Source of the DNA: Macrostomum lignano
Lineage: Eukaryota
DNA length: 64,000 nucleotides
Direction of reading: 5' to 3'
NCBI GenBank assembly: GCA_002269645.1
Contig: NIVC01003453.1
Coordinates: 32,899-96,898, forward strand
The position numbers were made by a program, and so were the translations under genes. This document shows positions 1 to 28,804 of this stretch, piece after piece. Numbering within the stretch: the first letter of the stretch is position 1; the number at the start of each line of letters is the position of its first letter. Below the pieces are notes generated by a model. That model did not search any database. It saw nothing but the letters and a program-made list of their open reading frames with translations, and was not told the DNA's origin.

Positions 1-1824
1 TGGTTGTCAACAAAGCTGCTCAATAGCCGCCGAGAATGAGCGTATGGTAGCTTTGGAAAGCGCCACATAGCTAGTCTTGCTTTTCGATATGCGAAAGAAC
101 AATAAACTGGAAATGACGCCTAAAGGTCAGTCGCGGATGGTATTCTTGTTTAGAATTATATTACAATATTCGGTATCTGGATTGAATGGATAGCAAAACT
201 TTTTATAGCAATAATTTGAATATTAAAACAAAACCATGTAGCATAAATTTTGAAAATCAAAACTTTCAGAGTAAACTTAGTATAAATTTATGTTTTTATG
301 ATGAACTTAACTCGAAAATGTTGTTTAAGAGAAGGAACGATCTTCTGTTATGATAAATTTAAACTTTAATTCCTTCTTCGTGGGTCATAACTGGTTTGGC
401 AAAGCGTGAGGCGTTGACAATAATAAAAAACATCGAATAGAAAGGCGTATGGTCTTTGTGCGTTATAAATTAAAAGCAGAATAAACATTAGTCGGTTAAT
501 GTTTCTTCTATGCAGGGGAGCATAAATTTTATAATAGGTACTATTAATATTAGTTAGTAAATTGTTTGAAAGGGCTGTGTGGTATATTTGAAAATTGTAT
601 CATAAAGACTTCAGTATTTAGAATTAATTTCTATATTTTACATTTTTACATTTTATTGATTCTTCTCTGTTTTTTGAAATGAACAATTTCTTAGTTGGAA
701 AATGGTTACTGATGTTCCATTCAACTAATAAGTTCAATTCCACAACCGTTTCATAAAAATTAAATGCTGAAAAACATACAATTTAAATTCTTTTTAAAAA
801 TTAAATAAGAATTAAAAGCACGAAAACTTAAAGCACTTTCTAATTTAAAATTCACATTCATTTTTGAAGTTCCCCTTTAACATATTAAATTATAGTTTAA
901 TAGATAGTTTAGTTCGGTCGATAAAATTTAATCCATATATTTTTGCTGATAGCTTCACTTTAGTTTTTAACAGTTGACCCAATAATTAAATTGCTTTTTA
1001 TATTTTGCTTTCCACAAAAACCTTTAATCTTATTACTCCGCGACCAATACATTTAAAAAGAGCTATTTAAACTGAACCCATTGCTTCAACTTCTAATAAA
1101 AATTGTATTATGCAACAAAAATAAAATAGCTCGTGAAAATGACTCTTTCATATTACATTTACACTTACAAAAATTGCTTGCAAAATGCCTCGCTTGATTA
1201 CTGATAGTAGAGCATGCAGAAAATGCTGCAAATGGGAAAGTTAAACTGCTTCTTTTTAAAAACCAGGTTAGCATTTGCCAAAACAACTGAATGCTTTTAC
1301 CAAAGTTGATTTTCAGTCACAACAGGCTGCCAGACCAGCAGAAATTCATTTCGATACCAGCTTACAAAATAGTGTACGTAAAGTAACAAAAAAGTAAAAG
1401 AATTGCCTGATTTTTACGGAATATTTCTTCAATAAAAACGCGATTTTTAAACCTTGTTTCTCGTATGTAAAAGTACAAACGCATCAACACGCGCCATTCG
1501 ATTGCTCAATAAACATAAAATACCGATTGCGGATACGTATTAATCCCTGCCAACGCTCTTCGGACTTCCATTAACACATTTTGGGCACCGGGGCAGGCAC
1601 ATTGTCCGCCATTCAGCCGATGTGCACGATTTATTCCGCCACTGAGCGCCTCTATACCTAGGATCACTTCCGCCAGAGGAAATTAAAAAAAACACGATAA
1701 AGATTCTGAGAATGAGGAGTCTAATGAGCATGAACTGCCTGTTGCCACCTTGTCATCACATTGGCTGCCTCGTGACAGCAGACTAGCAGCCCAGCTAGAA
1801 GACAAAACAGTCATGCCTGTTCCA

Positions 1825-3148
<1,324 letters not shown>

Positions 3149-4021
3149 GATATAAACGGGATTATGTCCAATCTGAATAAAAAGACAACCTGAAGGCTTA
3201 CAGGGTGCAAAGCCACCCTTAGCTTGACTTGGCAGCCAGACAGTCAGCCCAGACAGTTCGGTCTTCCCTCATTTCCAGCCGCTACCTCTCTCCTCCATCA
3301 GACCCGCCAGCTTCCCCGTCCACCACTTTTTCTCCCTCCCTTTCGCTTCCTGTTAACCCGAAGCTGCGAGCCCCCCCCCCCGACCGGCCACCCGCCACCG
3401 CATCCTCGGTCCTGCGTCCTCGGGGTTGGCCCGAACCCCCCTGCTGCCCGGGCGGGTGGGAAGAGTGGGAACCCGGGCGAGAGGGAAGAGACGTACGGAC
3501 GGACAGACAGACGGACACAGACAGAGCAAAAGTACATATCAAGCGCGCATGCTCCAGCGCGATGTCACTCTGTCCCTCAGGGCTGTGTTCCTCGAAGCTC
3601 TCGCTCGTTCCCAAACAGGCCCGCCCGCTAGCAGCAGAAGTGTGGGTAGTGCCAGTTCTCAAGTCTGGGGGCAGACAGAGACAGGGACCAAACGCACTCT
3701 CACCCTGTGCCGCTCGCTTGGCTTCTCTGTACCCCCTTCTCCAGCTGAGTTCCTGCAGCTGCTCTCTTACCCCACTCCCCTCTCTCTACCCCCTCTCGCT
3801 GGGAGACTCTGCGAGACTGTGACTCTCTTTTTCAGGCCTTCCTCTCTTCCCTGCCAATATTGGCTCAGCCGATCTTCCCGCAGATCAAGCCAGCATCCTC
3901 CGGTGCCTCTTCCATTCCTAAGCCATATATACCCAAAAGAACGCGACTGAGAGCTGACAGTCAAATAGACTGCCGATTCTCTCTCTCTCTCTCTCTGAAC
4001 AAAGACAGTTACTCTGGCAGC

Positions 4022-17176
<13,155 letters not shown>

Positions 17177-17442
17177 GACGGCAACAGACGTCCTGTCCGA
17201 GGAAAAAACTGGCACTCCACAATATCAAAACGTGAATGATCTGCAAGACCTATGCAGGTGTGATTTCTGCGCAACAACTGAGAACATTACAGCTTACATG
17301 TACTGTCCTTGCTCCCTATACGTGACACATTCAAACATTATTCATTTGCGTCGCTTGTGAAGCTTAACAATATTGCTTATATGGGGGAATTCTGAGTCCC
17401 CTCTGAGAGCTTTGACGCCCACCTGGCAAGAATAGCTATCAG

Positions 17443-18008
17443 ACCCACCTGACAAGTATAACTAACTGTCAGACCCACCTGACAAGGATAACTAACTGTC
17501 AGACCCACCTGACAAGAATAACTACTGTCAGACCCACCTGACAAGAATAACTACTGTCAGACCCACCTGATAAGAATAACTACTGTCAGACCCACCTGAT
17601 AAGAATAACTACTGTCAGACCCACCTGACAAGAATAACTACTGTCAGACCCACCTGACAAGAATAACTACTGTCAGACCCACCTGACAAGAATAACTACT
17701 GTCAGACCCACCTGATAAGAATAACTACTGTCAGACCCACCTGACAAGAATAACTACTGTCAGACCCACCTGACAAGAATAACTACTGTCAGACCCACCT
17801 GATAAGAATAACTACTGTCAGACCCACCTGACAAGAATAACTACTGTCAGACCCACCTGACAAGAATAACTACTGTCAGACTCACCTGACAAGAATAACT
17901 ACTGTCAGACCCACCTGATAAGAATAACTACTGTCAGACCCACCTGACAAGAATAACTACTGTCAGACCCACCTGACAAGAATAACTACTGTCAGACCCA
18001 CCTGATAA
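17443..18008. repeat. 29-bp minisatellite TGTCAGACCCACCTGACAAGAATAACTAC, ~19 copies
   Basis: Directly visible, downstream of the GPR158-like stop. Confidence 0.95.
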
Positions 18009-18589
18009 AAAAACAGATTTTTTCTGAAAGCGTCACAATTTTACCCATACTGAGAAGTTTGGCTGGGCGGTCAGGATTGCGAACTTTGTAACATTTTCAA
18101 CACCAGACCTCTAATTCACCTTGTTTAGCCACATTCACATCAGATAAGCACAAGCCCAGTGTCAGTTATATTATTTCATCCAATTAAAATGAACAGACAT
18201 TGTCAATTGCTACATTTTATGTTTTAAAATTATCTAAGCTGCCTCAGATTTATGAACTGTGTTTTTGACACCTGCTACGATAATATTTAATTAATTAATT
18301 AATCGAATTTTATTGTTCTGCTATATATAGCATTTGTAAAACTTTTAATTCGATAAAGTGATAAAAAATTGAAACCCGTTAGTCATATCTTTCCCAATCA
18401 ATACTATCAGTGTGTTATCGAATTGACGTTCGGAGATATAGATGCCATAAGTTCCAAATCTTACTTATTTTATTGTTAATGAATTCATCGATTAATTGAA
18501 CCCAGATAAGGAATTAACAAAATCTAGCTGTCGAAACATTCAATGACGCAAAGGTTGAGAATCAGTTCAATGACTGCTAAAATCGTCGT

Positions 18590-19277
18590 CAGTTTGAGAG
18601 TCAGACAGTTGGAGAGTCAGAGAGTTGGAGAGTCAGACAGTTGGAGAGTCAGACAGTTGGAGAGTCAGACAGTTGGAGAGTCAGACAGTTGGAGAGTCAG
18701 ACAGTTGGAGAGTCAGACAGTTGGAGAGTCAGATAGTCGGTGAGTCAGAGAGTCAGACAGTTGGAGAGTCAGATAGTCGGTGAGTCAGAGAGTCAGACAG
18801 TTGGAGAGTCAGATAGTCGGTGAGTCAGAGAGTCAGACAGTTGGAGAGTCAGATAGAGAGTCAGACAGTCAGTGAGTCTGACAGTCAGTGAGTCAGACAG
18901 TCGGTGAGTCAGACAGTCGGAGAGTCAGACAGTTGGAGAGTCAGATAGAGAGTCAGACAGTCAGTGAGTCAGACAGTCGGAGAGTCAGACAGTTGGAGAG
19001 TCAGATAGAGAGTCAGACAGTCAGTGAGTCTGACAGTCAGTGAGTCAGACAGTCGGTGAGTCAGACAGTCGGAGAGTCAGACAGTTGGAGAGTCAGATGG
19101 AGAGTCAGACAGTCAGTGAGTCAGACAGTCGGAGAGTCAGACAGTTGGAGAGTCAGATAGAGAGTCAGACAGTCAGTGAGTCAGACAGTCGGTGAGTCAG
19201 ACAGTCGGTGAGTCAGACAGTCGGTGAGTCAGACAGTCGGAGAGTCAGACAGTCGGAGAGTCAGACAGTTGGAGAGT
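18590..19277. repeat. 16-bp minisatellite GGAGAGTCAGACAGTT and variants
   Basis: Directly visible; overlaps the end of the minus-strand GPCR. Confidence 0.93.
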
Positions 19278-22200
19278 CGGCCTCGACCACCTCCGCCGCC
19301 GCCGCTGCCTCAACCGTCGCTCGACTGAACGGCATCGGCGATCGGTTCGTCGACGGCGGAGCCCCCGCCGCGGCGTCAGCAGGATGGCTGCCTCGGCATC
19401 GCCGCCGGCGCCTTCTGGCTCGCCGCGGATGCCGAGGGCTCGCCGGCAGCCAACTGGAGCCCCCAGGGTGCGCAGCAGCTCCCTGCGGAACCGGCAGCTG
19501 AACAGGCAGTAGGGCACGATGTTGATGGCGGAGTTGGCCACCACTAGCAGGTTGGAGATCTCCTGGGAGAGGCGGTTGGCCCAAAGAGGAATCGGGTTTT
19601 GACTGATGAAGATTGGGAAATTTTCCTTTAATGACTGAAGGTAATCTGCACAGCCAATATTAAACACGCTTCCCAATCCCATTCCAATCCCATCCCAACC
19701 CATCCCATCCCATCCCATCCCATCCCAACCCATCCCATCCCATCCGATCCGATCCGATCCGATCCGATCCGATCCGATCCCATCTCCATCCCATCCCATC
19801 TCCATCCCATCCCATCCCATCCCATCCCATCCAATACCATCTCCATCCCATCCCATCCCATCCCATCCCATCCCATCCCATCTCCATCCCATCCCATCCC
19901 ATCCCATCTCCATCCCATCCCATCTCCATCCCATCCCATCTCCATCCCATCCCATCTCCATCCCATCCCATCCCATCCAATACCATCTCCATCCCATCCC
20001 ATCCCATCCAATACCATCTCCATCCCATCCCATCCCATCCCATCCCATCCCATCTCCATCCCATCCCATCCAATACCATCTCCATCCCATCCCATCCCAT
20101 CCCATCCCATCCCATCCCATCTCCATCCCATCCCATCTCCATCCCATCCCATCTCCATCCCATCCCATCCCATCCCATCCAATACCATCTCCATCCCATC
20201 CCATCTCCATCCCATCCCATCCCATCCCATCTCCATCCCATCCCATCTCCATCCCATCCCATCTCCATCCCATCCCATCTCCATCCCATCCCATCCCATC
20301 CCATCCAATACCATCTCCATCCCATCCCATCCCATCCAATACCATCTCCATCCCATCCCATCCCATCCCATCCCATCCCATCTCCATCCCATCCCATCCA
20401 ATACCATCTCCATCCCATCCCATCCCATCCCATCCCATCCCATCCCATCCCATCCCATCTCCATCCCATCCCATCCCATCCCATCCAATACCATCTCCAT
20501 CCCTTCCCATCCCATATCATCCCATCCCATCTCATCAGATCCCATCCCATCCCATCCCATCCCATCCCAACCCATCCGATCACATCCAATACCATCTCAT
20601 CCCCATCCAATCCCATCAGATCTCACCCCATCCCTTTTTATCCCATCCCATCTCATCAGATCCCATCCCATCCCATCCCATATCATCCCATCCCATCCCA
20701 TCCCATCCGATCAGATCTCACCCATCCCTTTTCATCCCATCCCACCCCACCCCACACGGCATCCCACCTGGAACACATAGTTCGCCAGGTTGTCGTTCTC
20801 ATCGCCGCCCTGACCGCTGCCTGCAGCCGCGATGCCGCTGCCCAGCCTCCGGGTGCTCCAGATGAAGTGGGTGACGGCGGCTGGGATCTGGCAGATGAAG
20901 AACAGCAGCACGACGCCAATCAGCATGACGGTGGTGTCGGTCCGGCAGCTGGCCGCAGTCGCCGAGTTGCCGTCGCCCAGCATCCTCTGCCGAGCCCGGC
21001 GTACAGCTCTGATGAGGCCGGCATTCATGACCGCCAGGCTGGCGAACGGGGCCAGCACTACCAGCAGCAGCCAGGCAACCAGGTGATAGTAGATCCGAAA
21101 ACTCTCGGACTGTCCGAATGGCGAAGTGTGATACCAGAGCACGTCCGAGTTGCGGACTTGGAGGAACTGGTCGATGCGGGAGCGCCAGGAGGGCTCTCCG
21201 TAGCGCTGCTGGAACCGCAACTGCAGCTCGGCCAGGTCCGGATCGGTCAGGTTCCTCAGGTGAGCGGGCAGCTCTGGCCGCCACAGCGCCTGCTCGAATA
21301 GGCGAGGCAACGAATACAGAGTCGAGCCCAGGAACACCGAGGCGATGCAGCGGCCGGCGAGACGGCGACTGCAGAGGCGTTCGGCGAGGAACGGATGGCA
21401 GATCATCAGGTAGCGGTCTGCGGTGAAGGCCACCGTCAGCCACACCGAGGCCACCTGAGGGGGTCAATGGATGCTGGTTGCAGATCTGATCTAATTTAAT
21501 CTAATCTAATCTAATCTAATCTAATTCAATCTAATCTAATCTAATCTAATTCAATCTAATATAATCTACCGGCAATCTAATCTAATTTAATTTAATCTAA
21601 TCGAATCGAATCTAATTCAATCTAAACTAATCTAATCCAATCTAATTTAATCTAATTCAATCTAATCTAATCTACCGGTAATGTAATGTAATCTAATCTA
21701 ATCTAATCTAATCCAATCTAATCTAATCTAATTTAAACTAATATAATTCAATCCAATCCAATCTAATCTAATTCCAATCGTATCTAATCTAATCTAATCT
21801 AATCTAATCTAATCTAATCTAATCTAATCTAATGTATTCTAATCTCATGTAACCTAATCTAATCTAGTCTCATTCAATCTAATGGCTAGACTAGCATGGC
21901 TAGACTACCAATCCATTCTATGCCAATTATCCTAGGTGTTGCATAGATTAGCAATCCATTCTATGCCAATTATCCTAGATGTTGCATAGATTAGCAATCC
22001 ATTCTATGCTAATTATCCTAGATGTTGCATAGATTAGCAATCCATTCTATGCCAATTATCCTAGATGTTGCATAGATTAGCAATCCATTCTATGCCAATT
22101 ATCCTATATGTTGCATAGATTAGCAATCCATTCTATGCCAATTATCCTAGATGTTGCATAGATTAGCAATCCATTCTATGCCAATTATCCTAGATGTTGC

Positions 22201-25200
22201 ATAGATTAGCAATCCATTCTATGCCAATTATCCTAGATGTTGCATAGATTAGCAATCCATTCTATGCCAATTATCCTAGATGTTGCATAGATTAGCAATC
22301 CATTCTATGCCAATTATCCTAGATGTTGCATAGATTAGCAATCCATTCTATGCCAATTATCCTAGATGTTGCATAGATTAGCAATCCATTCTATGCCAAT
22401 TATCCTAGATGTTGGCTAGATTAGCAATCCATTCTATGCCAATTATCCTAGATGTTGGCTAGATTAGCAATTCATTCTATGCCAATTATCCTAGATGTTG
22501 GCTAGATTAGCAATCCATTCTATGCCAATTATCCTATATGTTGGCTAGATTAGCAACCCATTCTATGTCAATTATCCTATATGTTGGCTAGATTAGCAAC
22601 CCATTCTATGCCAATTATCCTAGATGTTGGCTAGATTAGCAATCCATTCTATGCCAATTATCCTAGATGTAGGCTAGATTAGCAACCCATTCTATGCCAA
22701 TTATCCTAGATGTTGCATAGATTAGCAACCCATTCTATGTCAATTATCCTATATGTTGGCTAGATTAGCAACCCATTCTATGCCAATTATCCTAGATGTA
22801 GGCTAGATTAGCAACCCATTCTATGCCAATTATCCTATATGTTGGCTAGATTAGCAATCCATTCTATGCCAATTATCCTAGATGTTGACTAGATTAGCAA
22901 TCCATTCTATGCCAATTATCCTAGATGTTGGCTAGATTAGCAATCCATTCTATGCCAATTATCCTAGATGTTGCATAGATTTGCAATCCATTCTATGCCA
23001 ATTATCCTAGATGTTGCATAGATTAGCAATCCATTCTATGTCAATTATCCTAGATGTTGCATAGATTAGCAATCCATTCTATGCCAATTATCCTAGATGT
23101 TGCATAGATTAGCAATCCATTCTATGCCAATTATCCTAGATGTAGGCTAGATTTGCAATCCATTCTATGTCAATTATCCTATATGTTGGCTAGATTAGCA
23201 ACCCATTCTATGCCAATTATCCTAGATGTAGGCTAGATTTGCAATCCATTCTATGTCAATTATCCTAGATGTTGGCTAGATTAGCAATCCATTCTATGTC
23301 AATTATCCTATATGTTGGCTAGATTAGCAATCCATTCTATGCCAATTATCCTAGATGTTGGCTAGATTAGCAATCAATTCTATGCCAATTATCCTAGATG
23401 TAGGCTAGATTAGCAATCCATTCTATGCCAATTATCCTAGATGTTGCATAGATTAGCAATCCATTCTATGCCAATTATCCTAGATGTTGCATAGATTAGC
23501 AATCCATTCTATGCCAATTATCCTAGATGTTGCATAGATTAGCAATCCATTCTATGCCAATTATCCTAGATGTTGCATAGATTAGCAATCCATTCTATGC
23601 CAATTATCCTAGATGTTGCATAGATTAGCAATCCATTCTATGCCAATTATTCTAGATGTTGCATAGATTAGCAATCCATTCTATGCCGATTATCCTAGAT
23701 GTTGCATAGATTAGCAATCCATTCTATGCCAATTATCCTAGATGTTGCATAGATTAGCAATCCATTCTATGCCAATTATCCTAGATGTTGCATAGATTAG
23801 CAATCCATTCTATGCCAATTATCCTAGATGTTGCATAGATTAGCAATCCATTCTATGCCAATTATCCTAGATGTTGCATAGATTAGCAATCCATTCTATG
23901 CCAATTATCCTAGATGTTGGCTAGATTAGCAATCCATTCTATGCCAATTATCCTAGATGTAGGCTAGATTAGCAATCCATTCTATGCCAATTATCCTAGA
24001 TGTTGCATAGATTAGCAATCCATTCTATGCCAATTATCCTAGATGTTGCATAGATTAGCAATCCATTCTATGCCAATTATCCTAGATGTTGCATAGATTA
24101 GCAATCCATTCTATGCCAATTATCCTAGATGTTGCATAGATTAGCAATCCATTCTATGCCAATTATCCTAGATGTAGGCTAGATTAGCAATCCATTCTAT
24201 GCCAATTATCCTAGATGTTGGGTAGATTAGCAATGATTTGAGTCAGTTTGTCGCGGAATTAGGCATACATATCCTAACCCTAACCCTAAGCCTGAATAAT
24301 GGTATAAATAGAAAGTCTTACAGATGCACGGCAGCTCGAGACAAAGTCTTGCAAAGACTGGCCCGCCTATTCACCCAGCTGCATCAAATTTCCCCTAGAA
24401 GAAGCAGACTGTTATAGCAGAGCCTGGCAAAGCCTCACTCGAGAGCAGCGGGGAATTACCAGTTCCCTGCTCAGATTATAACATATATAGACGCATAAGC
24501 TTGGGAAAATGATATTAATGAGCATTTTGGGACAATTAATTATCAGAGACACAGGATTTTTTCCCCGAAAAACAGGCAGAAGGCCGAGAGAGCGCCCCCC
24601 AGGGAAATGCAGACGGGCTGCTTGTGAGTCCCTTGATCGGGAAAATACAAAAACAAAATTATCAAAAATGTCTGTTTGTCATTTGACTTTCGATACGAAT
24701 ACTGACGGCAAAAAACATACGTAATCTGCGCTGCATATTACTTGCACAAGTGTTTTGCCTGCATTTCACCGTAACATCTCATCCATCAGCTTCCAATCCC
24801 ATCCCATCTCACCCCACCCCATCCCATCTTATCCAATCCCATCCCATCCCATCTTATCCCATCCCAATCCATCCCATCTCATCCCATCCCATCCCATCTC
24901 ACCCCATCCCATCCCATCCCATCCCATCTCATCTTATCCCATCCCAATCCATCCCATCTCATCCCATCCCATCCCATCTCACCCCATCCCATCCCATCTT
25001 ATCCCATCCCAATCCATCTCATCCCATCCCATCCCATCCCATCTCACCCCATCCCATCCCATCTTATCCAATCCCATCCCATCCCATCTTATCCCATCCC
25101 AATCCATCCCATTCCAATCCCATCCCAACCCATCCCATCCCATCCCATCCCATCCCATCCCATCCCATCCCATCCCATCCCATCCCACCTTCACCTGGAA

Positions 25201-25533
25201 CAGCAGGTTGAGCGCATGAGAGTAGATGTATAGGTGCGGCATCCAGCGGGAGTCCCGCCACACCATGTACTCGGGCTGGTCGTGCTGCGCCCTGGTGTCC
25301 TTCAGATAGACGAGCAGCGACATGAGCAGCACGCAGGTGTCAGCGAAGGTCAGCGCAATCAGGTACAAATTAGTATTGCTAATCCGCATGCACCTCTTGC
25401 CGAGCACGCTCAGTGACAGGAGATTAGCGATGAGCCCGATGCAGCACAGGCTGGTCCCAGCGCAGCCGACCAGGTAGAAGGAGATGGTCCTGGCTCGAAT
25501 CACCGCTTCCTGAGACTCGCCAGCGCCTTCCAT
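19245..25533 (-). CDS. Rhodopsin-family peptide GPCR (FMRFamide-receptor-like), 3 exons, ~447 aa
   Basis: Exons 25533-25195, 21454-20768, 19562-19245 (all phase 0, GT-AG). TM1 GLIANLLSLSVL, TM2 YLIALTFADT, TM3 ASVWLTVAFTADRYLMICHP, TM6 TTVMLIGVVLLFFICQIPA, TM7 SNLLVVANSAINIVPYCLFSCRFR. The exact C-terminal frame is uncertain. Confidence 0.88.
19673..20766. repeat. (CCATC)n degenerate pentamer (GPCR intron 2)
   Basis: Directly visible. Confidence 0.96.
21488..21880. repeat. (TCTAA)n degenerate pentamer (GPCR intron 1)
   Basis: Directly visible. Confidence 0.93.
21905..24232. repeat. 43-bp minisatellite AGCAATCCATTCTATGCCAATTATCCTAGATGTTGCATAGATT, ~54 copies (GPCR intron 1)
   Basis: Directly visible. 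Confidence 0.97.
24795..25190. repeat. (CCATC)n degenerate pentamer (GPCR intron 1, next to donor)
   Basis: Directly visible. Confidence 0.95.
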
Positions 25534-25654
25534 TCAGACTCTTCAGCGATGGCCTGCAATGCTTGACGCCTTGGCGGCTTTTTATCATGGCGCAGGGACC
25601 AATGGGAAGAGGATTAGCAGTATTGGCTGGTCATGAGAATAGCGTGCCGAATGC

Positions 25655-26950
25655 TGAGCTCACCCCTAGCCTTCACTCTCACCCATACCCTTCACTCTCA
25701 CCCATACACTTCACTCTCACCCATACACTTCACTCTCACCCCTACCCTTGACTCTCACCCATACACTTCACTCTCACCCCTACCCTTGACTCTCACCCAT
25801 ACACTTCACTCTCACCCCTACCCTTGACTCTCACCCATACCCTTCACTCTCACCCATACCCTTCACTCTCACCCATACACTTCAATCTCACCCATACACT
25901 TCACTCTCACCCCTACCCTTGACTCTCACCCATACCCTTCACTCTCACCCATACACTTCACTCTCAACTCTACCCTTCACTCTCACCCCTACCCTTCACT
26001 CTCACCCATACACTTAACTCTCACCCATACACTTCACTATCACCCCTACCCTTCACTCTCACCTCTACACTTTACTCTCACCCCTACCCTTCACTCTCAC
26101 CCCTACCCTTCACTCTCACCCCTACCCTTCACTCTCACCCCTACCCTTCACTCTCACCCCTACCCTTCACTCTCACCCCTACCCTTCACTCTCACCCCTA
26201 CCCTTCACTCTCACCCCTACCCTTCACTCTCACCCCTACCCTTCACTCTCACCCATACCCTTCACTCTCACCCATACACTTCACTCTCACCCATACACTT
26301 CACTCTCACCCCTACCCTTGACTCTCACCCATACACTTCACTCTCACCCCTACCCTTGACTCTCACCCATACACTTCACTCTCACCCCTACCCTTGACTC
26401 TCACCCATACCCTTCACTCTCACCCATACCCTTCACTCTCACCCATACACTTCAATCTCACCCATACACTTCACTCTCACCCCTACCCTTGACTCTCACC
26501 CATACACTTCACTCTCACCCCTACCCTTGACTCTCACCCATACCCTTCACTCTCACCCATACCCTTCACTCTCACCCATACACTTCAATCTCACCCATAC
26601 ACTTCACTCTCACCCCTACCCTTGACTCTCACCCATACACTTCACTCTCACCCCTACCCTTCACTCTCACCCCTACCCTTCACTCTCACCCATACCCTTC
26701 ACTCTCAACTCTACGCTTCACTCTCACCCATACCCTTCACTCTCACCCATACCCTTCACTCTCAACTCTACCCTTCACTCTCACCTCTAGACTTTACTCT
26801 CACCTCTACACTTTACTCTCACCCCTACCCTTTACTCTCACCTCCACACTTTACTCTTACACCTAACCTTCACTTTCACCTCTACCCTTCACTCTCACCC
26901 CTACCCTACACTCTCATCCCTTCACTCTCACCCTTACCTTTCACTCTCAC
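25655..26950. repeat. 19-bp minisatellite CTCACCCATACCCTTCACT
   Basis: Directly visible. Confidence 0.95.
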
Positions 26951-28395
26951 CTCTCTCCCTTCAATCTCACCTCCTCTCCCTTCAATTTTCCCTTCTCTTC
27001 CTCCAATCTCACCTCCTCTCCCTTCAATCTCACTCTCTCCCTTCAATCTCCCCTCTCCCTTCAATCTTACCTCTCTCCCTCCAATCTCACCTTTGTCTCT
27101 TCAATCTCACCTCCTCTCCCTTTAATCTCACCTCTCCATTCAATATCCCCTCTCCCTTCAATCTCACCTCTCTCCATTGAGATTACCTCTCTCTTCAATC
27201 TCACCTCCTCCCCCTTCAATCTCACCTCCTCTCCCTTCAATCTCACCTCCTCTCCCTTCAATCTCACCTCCTCTCCCTTCAATCTCACCTCCTCTCCCTT
27301 CAATCTCACCTCCTCTCCCTTCAATTTTCCTTCTCTCCCTCCAATCTCACCTCCTCTCCCTTCAATCTCACTCTCTCCCTTCAATCTCACTCTCCCTTCA
27401 ATCTCACTCTCTCCCTTCAATCTCACCTCCTCTCCCTTCAATCTCACTCTCTCCCTTCAATCTCACTCTCTCCCTTCAATCTCACTCTCCCTTCAATCTC
27501 ACTCTCTCCCTTCAATCTCACCTCCTCTCCCTTCAATCTCACTCTCTCCCTTCAATTTCACTCTCTCCCTTCAATCTCACTCTCTCCCTTCAATCTCACC
27601 TCCTCTCCCTTCAATCTCACTCTCTCCCTTCAATCTCACCTCCTCCCCCTTCAATCTCTCCTCCTCTCCCTTCAATCTCACCTCCTCTCCCTTCAATTTT
27701 CCTTCTCTCCCTCCAATCTCACCTCCTTCCCTTCAATCTCACCTCCTCTCCCTTCAATCTCACTCTCTCCCTTCAATCTCACTCTCTCCCTTCAATCTCC
27801 CCTCTCCCTTCAATCTTACCTCTCTCCCTCCAATCTCACCTTTGTCTCTTCAATCTCACCTCCTCTCCCTTTAATCTCACCTCTCCATTCAATATCCCCT
27901 CTCCCTTTAATCTCACCTCTCTCCATTGAGATTACCTCTCTCTTTAATCTCACCTCCTCCCCCTTCAATCTCACCTCCTCTCCCTTCAATCTCACCTCCT
28001 CTCCCTTCAATCTCACTCTCTCCCTTCAATCTCACTCTCTCCCTTCAATCTCACCTCCTCCCCCTTCAATCTCTCCTCCTCTCCCTTCAATCTCACCTCC
28101 TCTCCCTTCAATTTTCCTTCTCTCCCTCCAATCTCACCTCCTCTCCCTTCAATCTCACTCTCTCCCTTCAATCTCACTCTCTCCCTTCAATCTCACTTCC
28201 TCTCCCTTCAATCTCACTCTCTCCCTTCAATCTCACTTCCTCTCCCTTCAATCTCACTTCCTCTCCCTTCAATCTCACTCTCTCCCTTCAATCTCACTTC
28301 CTCTCCCTTCAATCTCACTTCCTCTCCCTTCAATCTCACTTCCTCTCCCTTCAATCTCACTCTCTCCCTTCAATCTCACTCTCTCCCTTCACTCT
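26950..28395. repeat. 19-21 bp pyrimidine-rich minisatellite CCTTCAATCTCACCTCCTCTC, with a ~749-bp block duplication
   Basis: Directly visible; the variant block near 27065 recurs near 27814. Confidence 0.94.
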
Positions 28396-28804
28396 CAAGG
28401 CTGGAAAATTAGGGGGGGGGTCAGGAGAAAAGTTGCTACACGCAAGAATTCACATGTTTTGGGCCAGTCCAAAGGAAGCTCTCCAAATTTTCCCAGGAAA
28501 TGGGAGCAATTAACGTGAGAATAATGACCTTAGTTCGGAATCATAATCTGGAGCTCGCCTGAAATCCTGCAAGGCACGCAAGGCTAATTGAAAAAAATGG
28601 TTAGATTATTTAATCCAACTCTCACAGAGACAGAAAACTGAACTCTTTTTCTGTGCCTCCATTGTTTATCACCTCGTGCGGCTTCAGGGGGGCATTAAGG
28701 GTGCGTGCCCGCTGGAATGAAAAGGTAGAAATATGCTGCTTATGAAGTCAGAGGCCTGAAGTTAGAGAGTGGGGGAGAGTGGGGGAGAGTGGGGGAGAGG
28801 GAGT

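Noticed and set aside
1-1750. AT-rich unique region as a gene or transposon remnant
   Set aside because: Only short ORFs lacking the GC-rich coding character of the other exons; no termini or motifs recognised by eye. A Repbase/Dfam search would be needed.
24273-24289. CCTAACCCTAACCCTAA as an interstitial telomere
   Set aside because: Under three hexamers; expected by chance.
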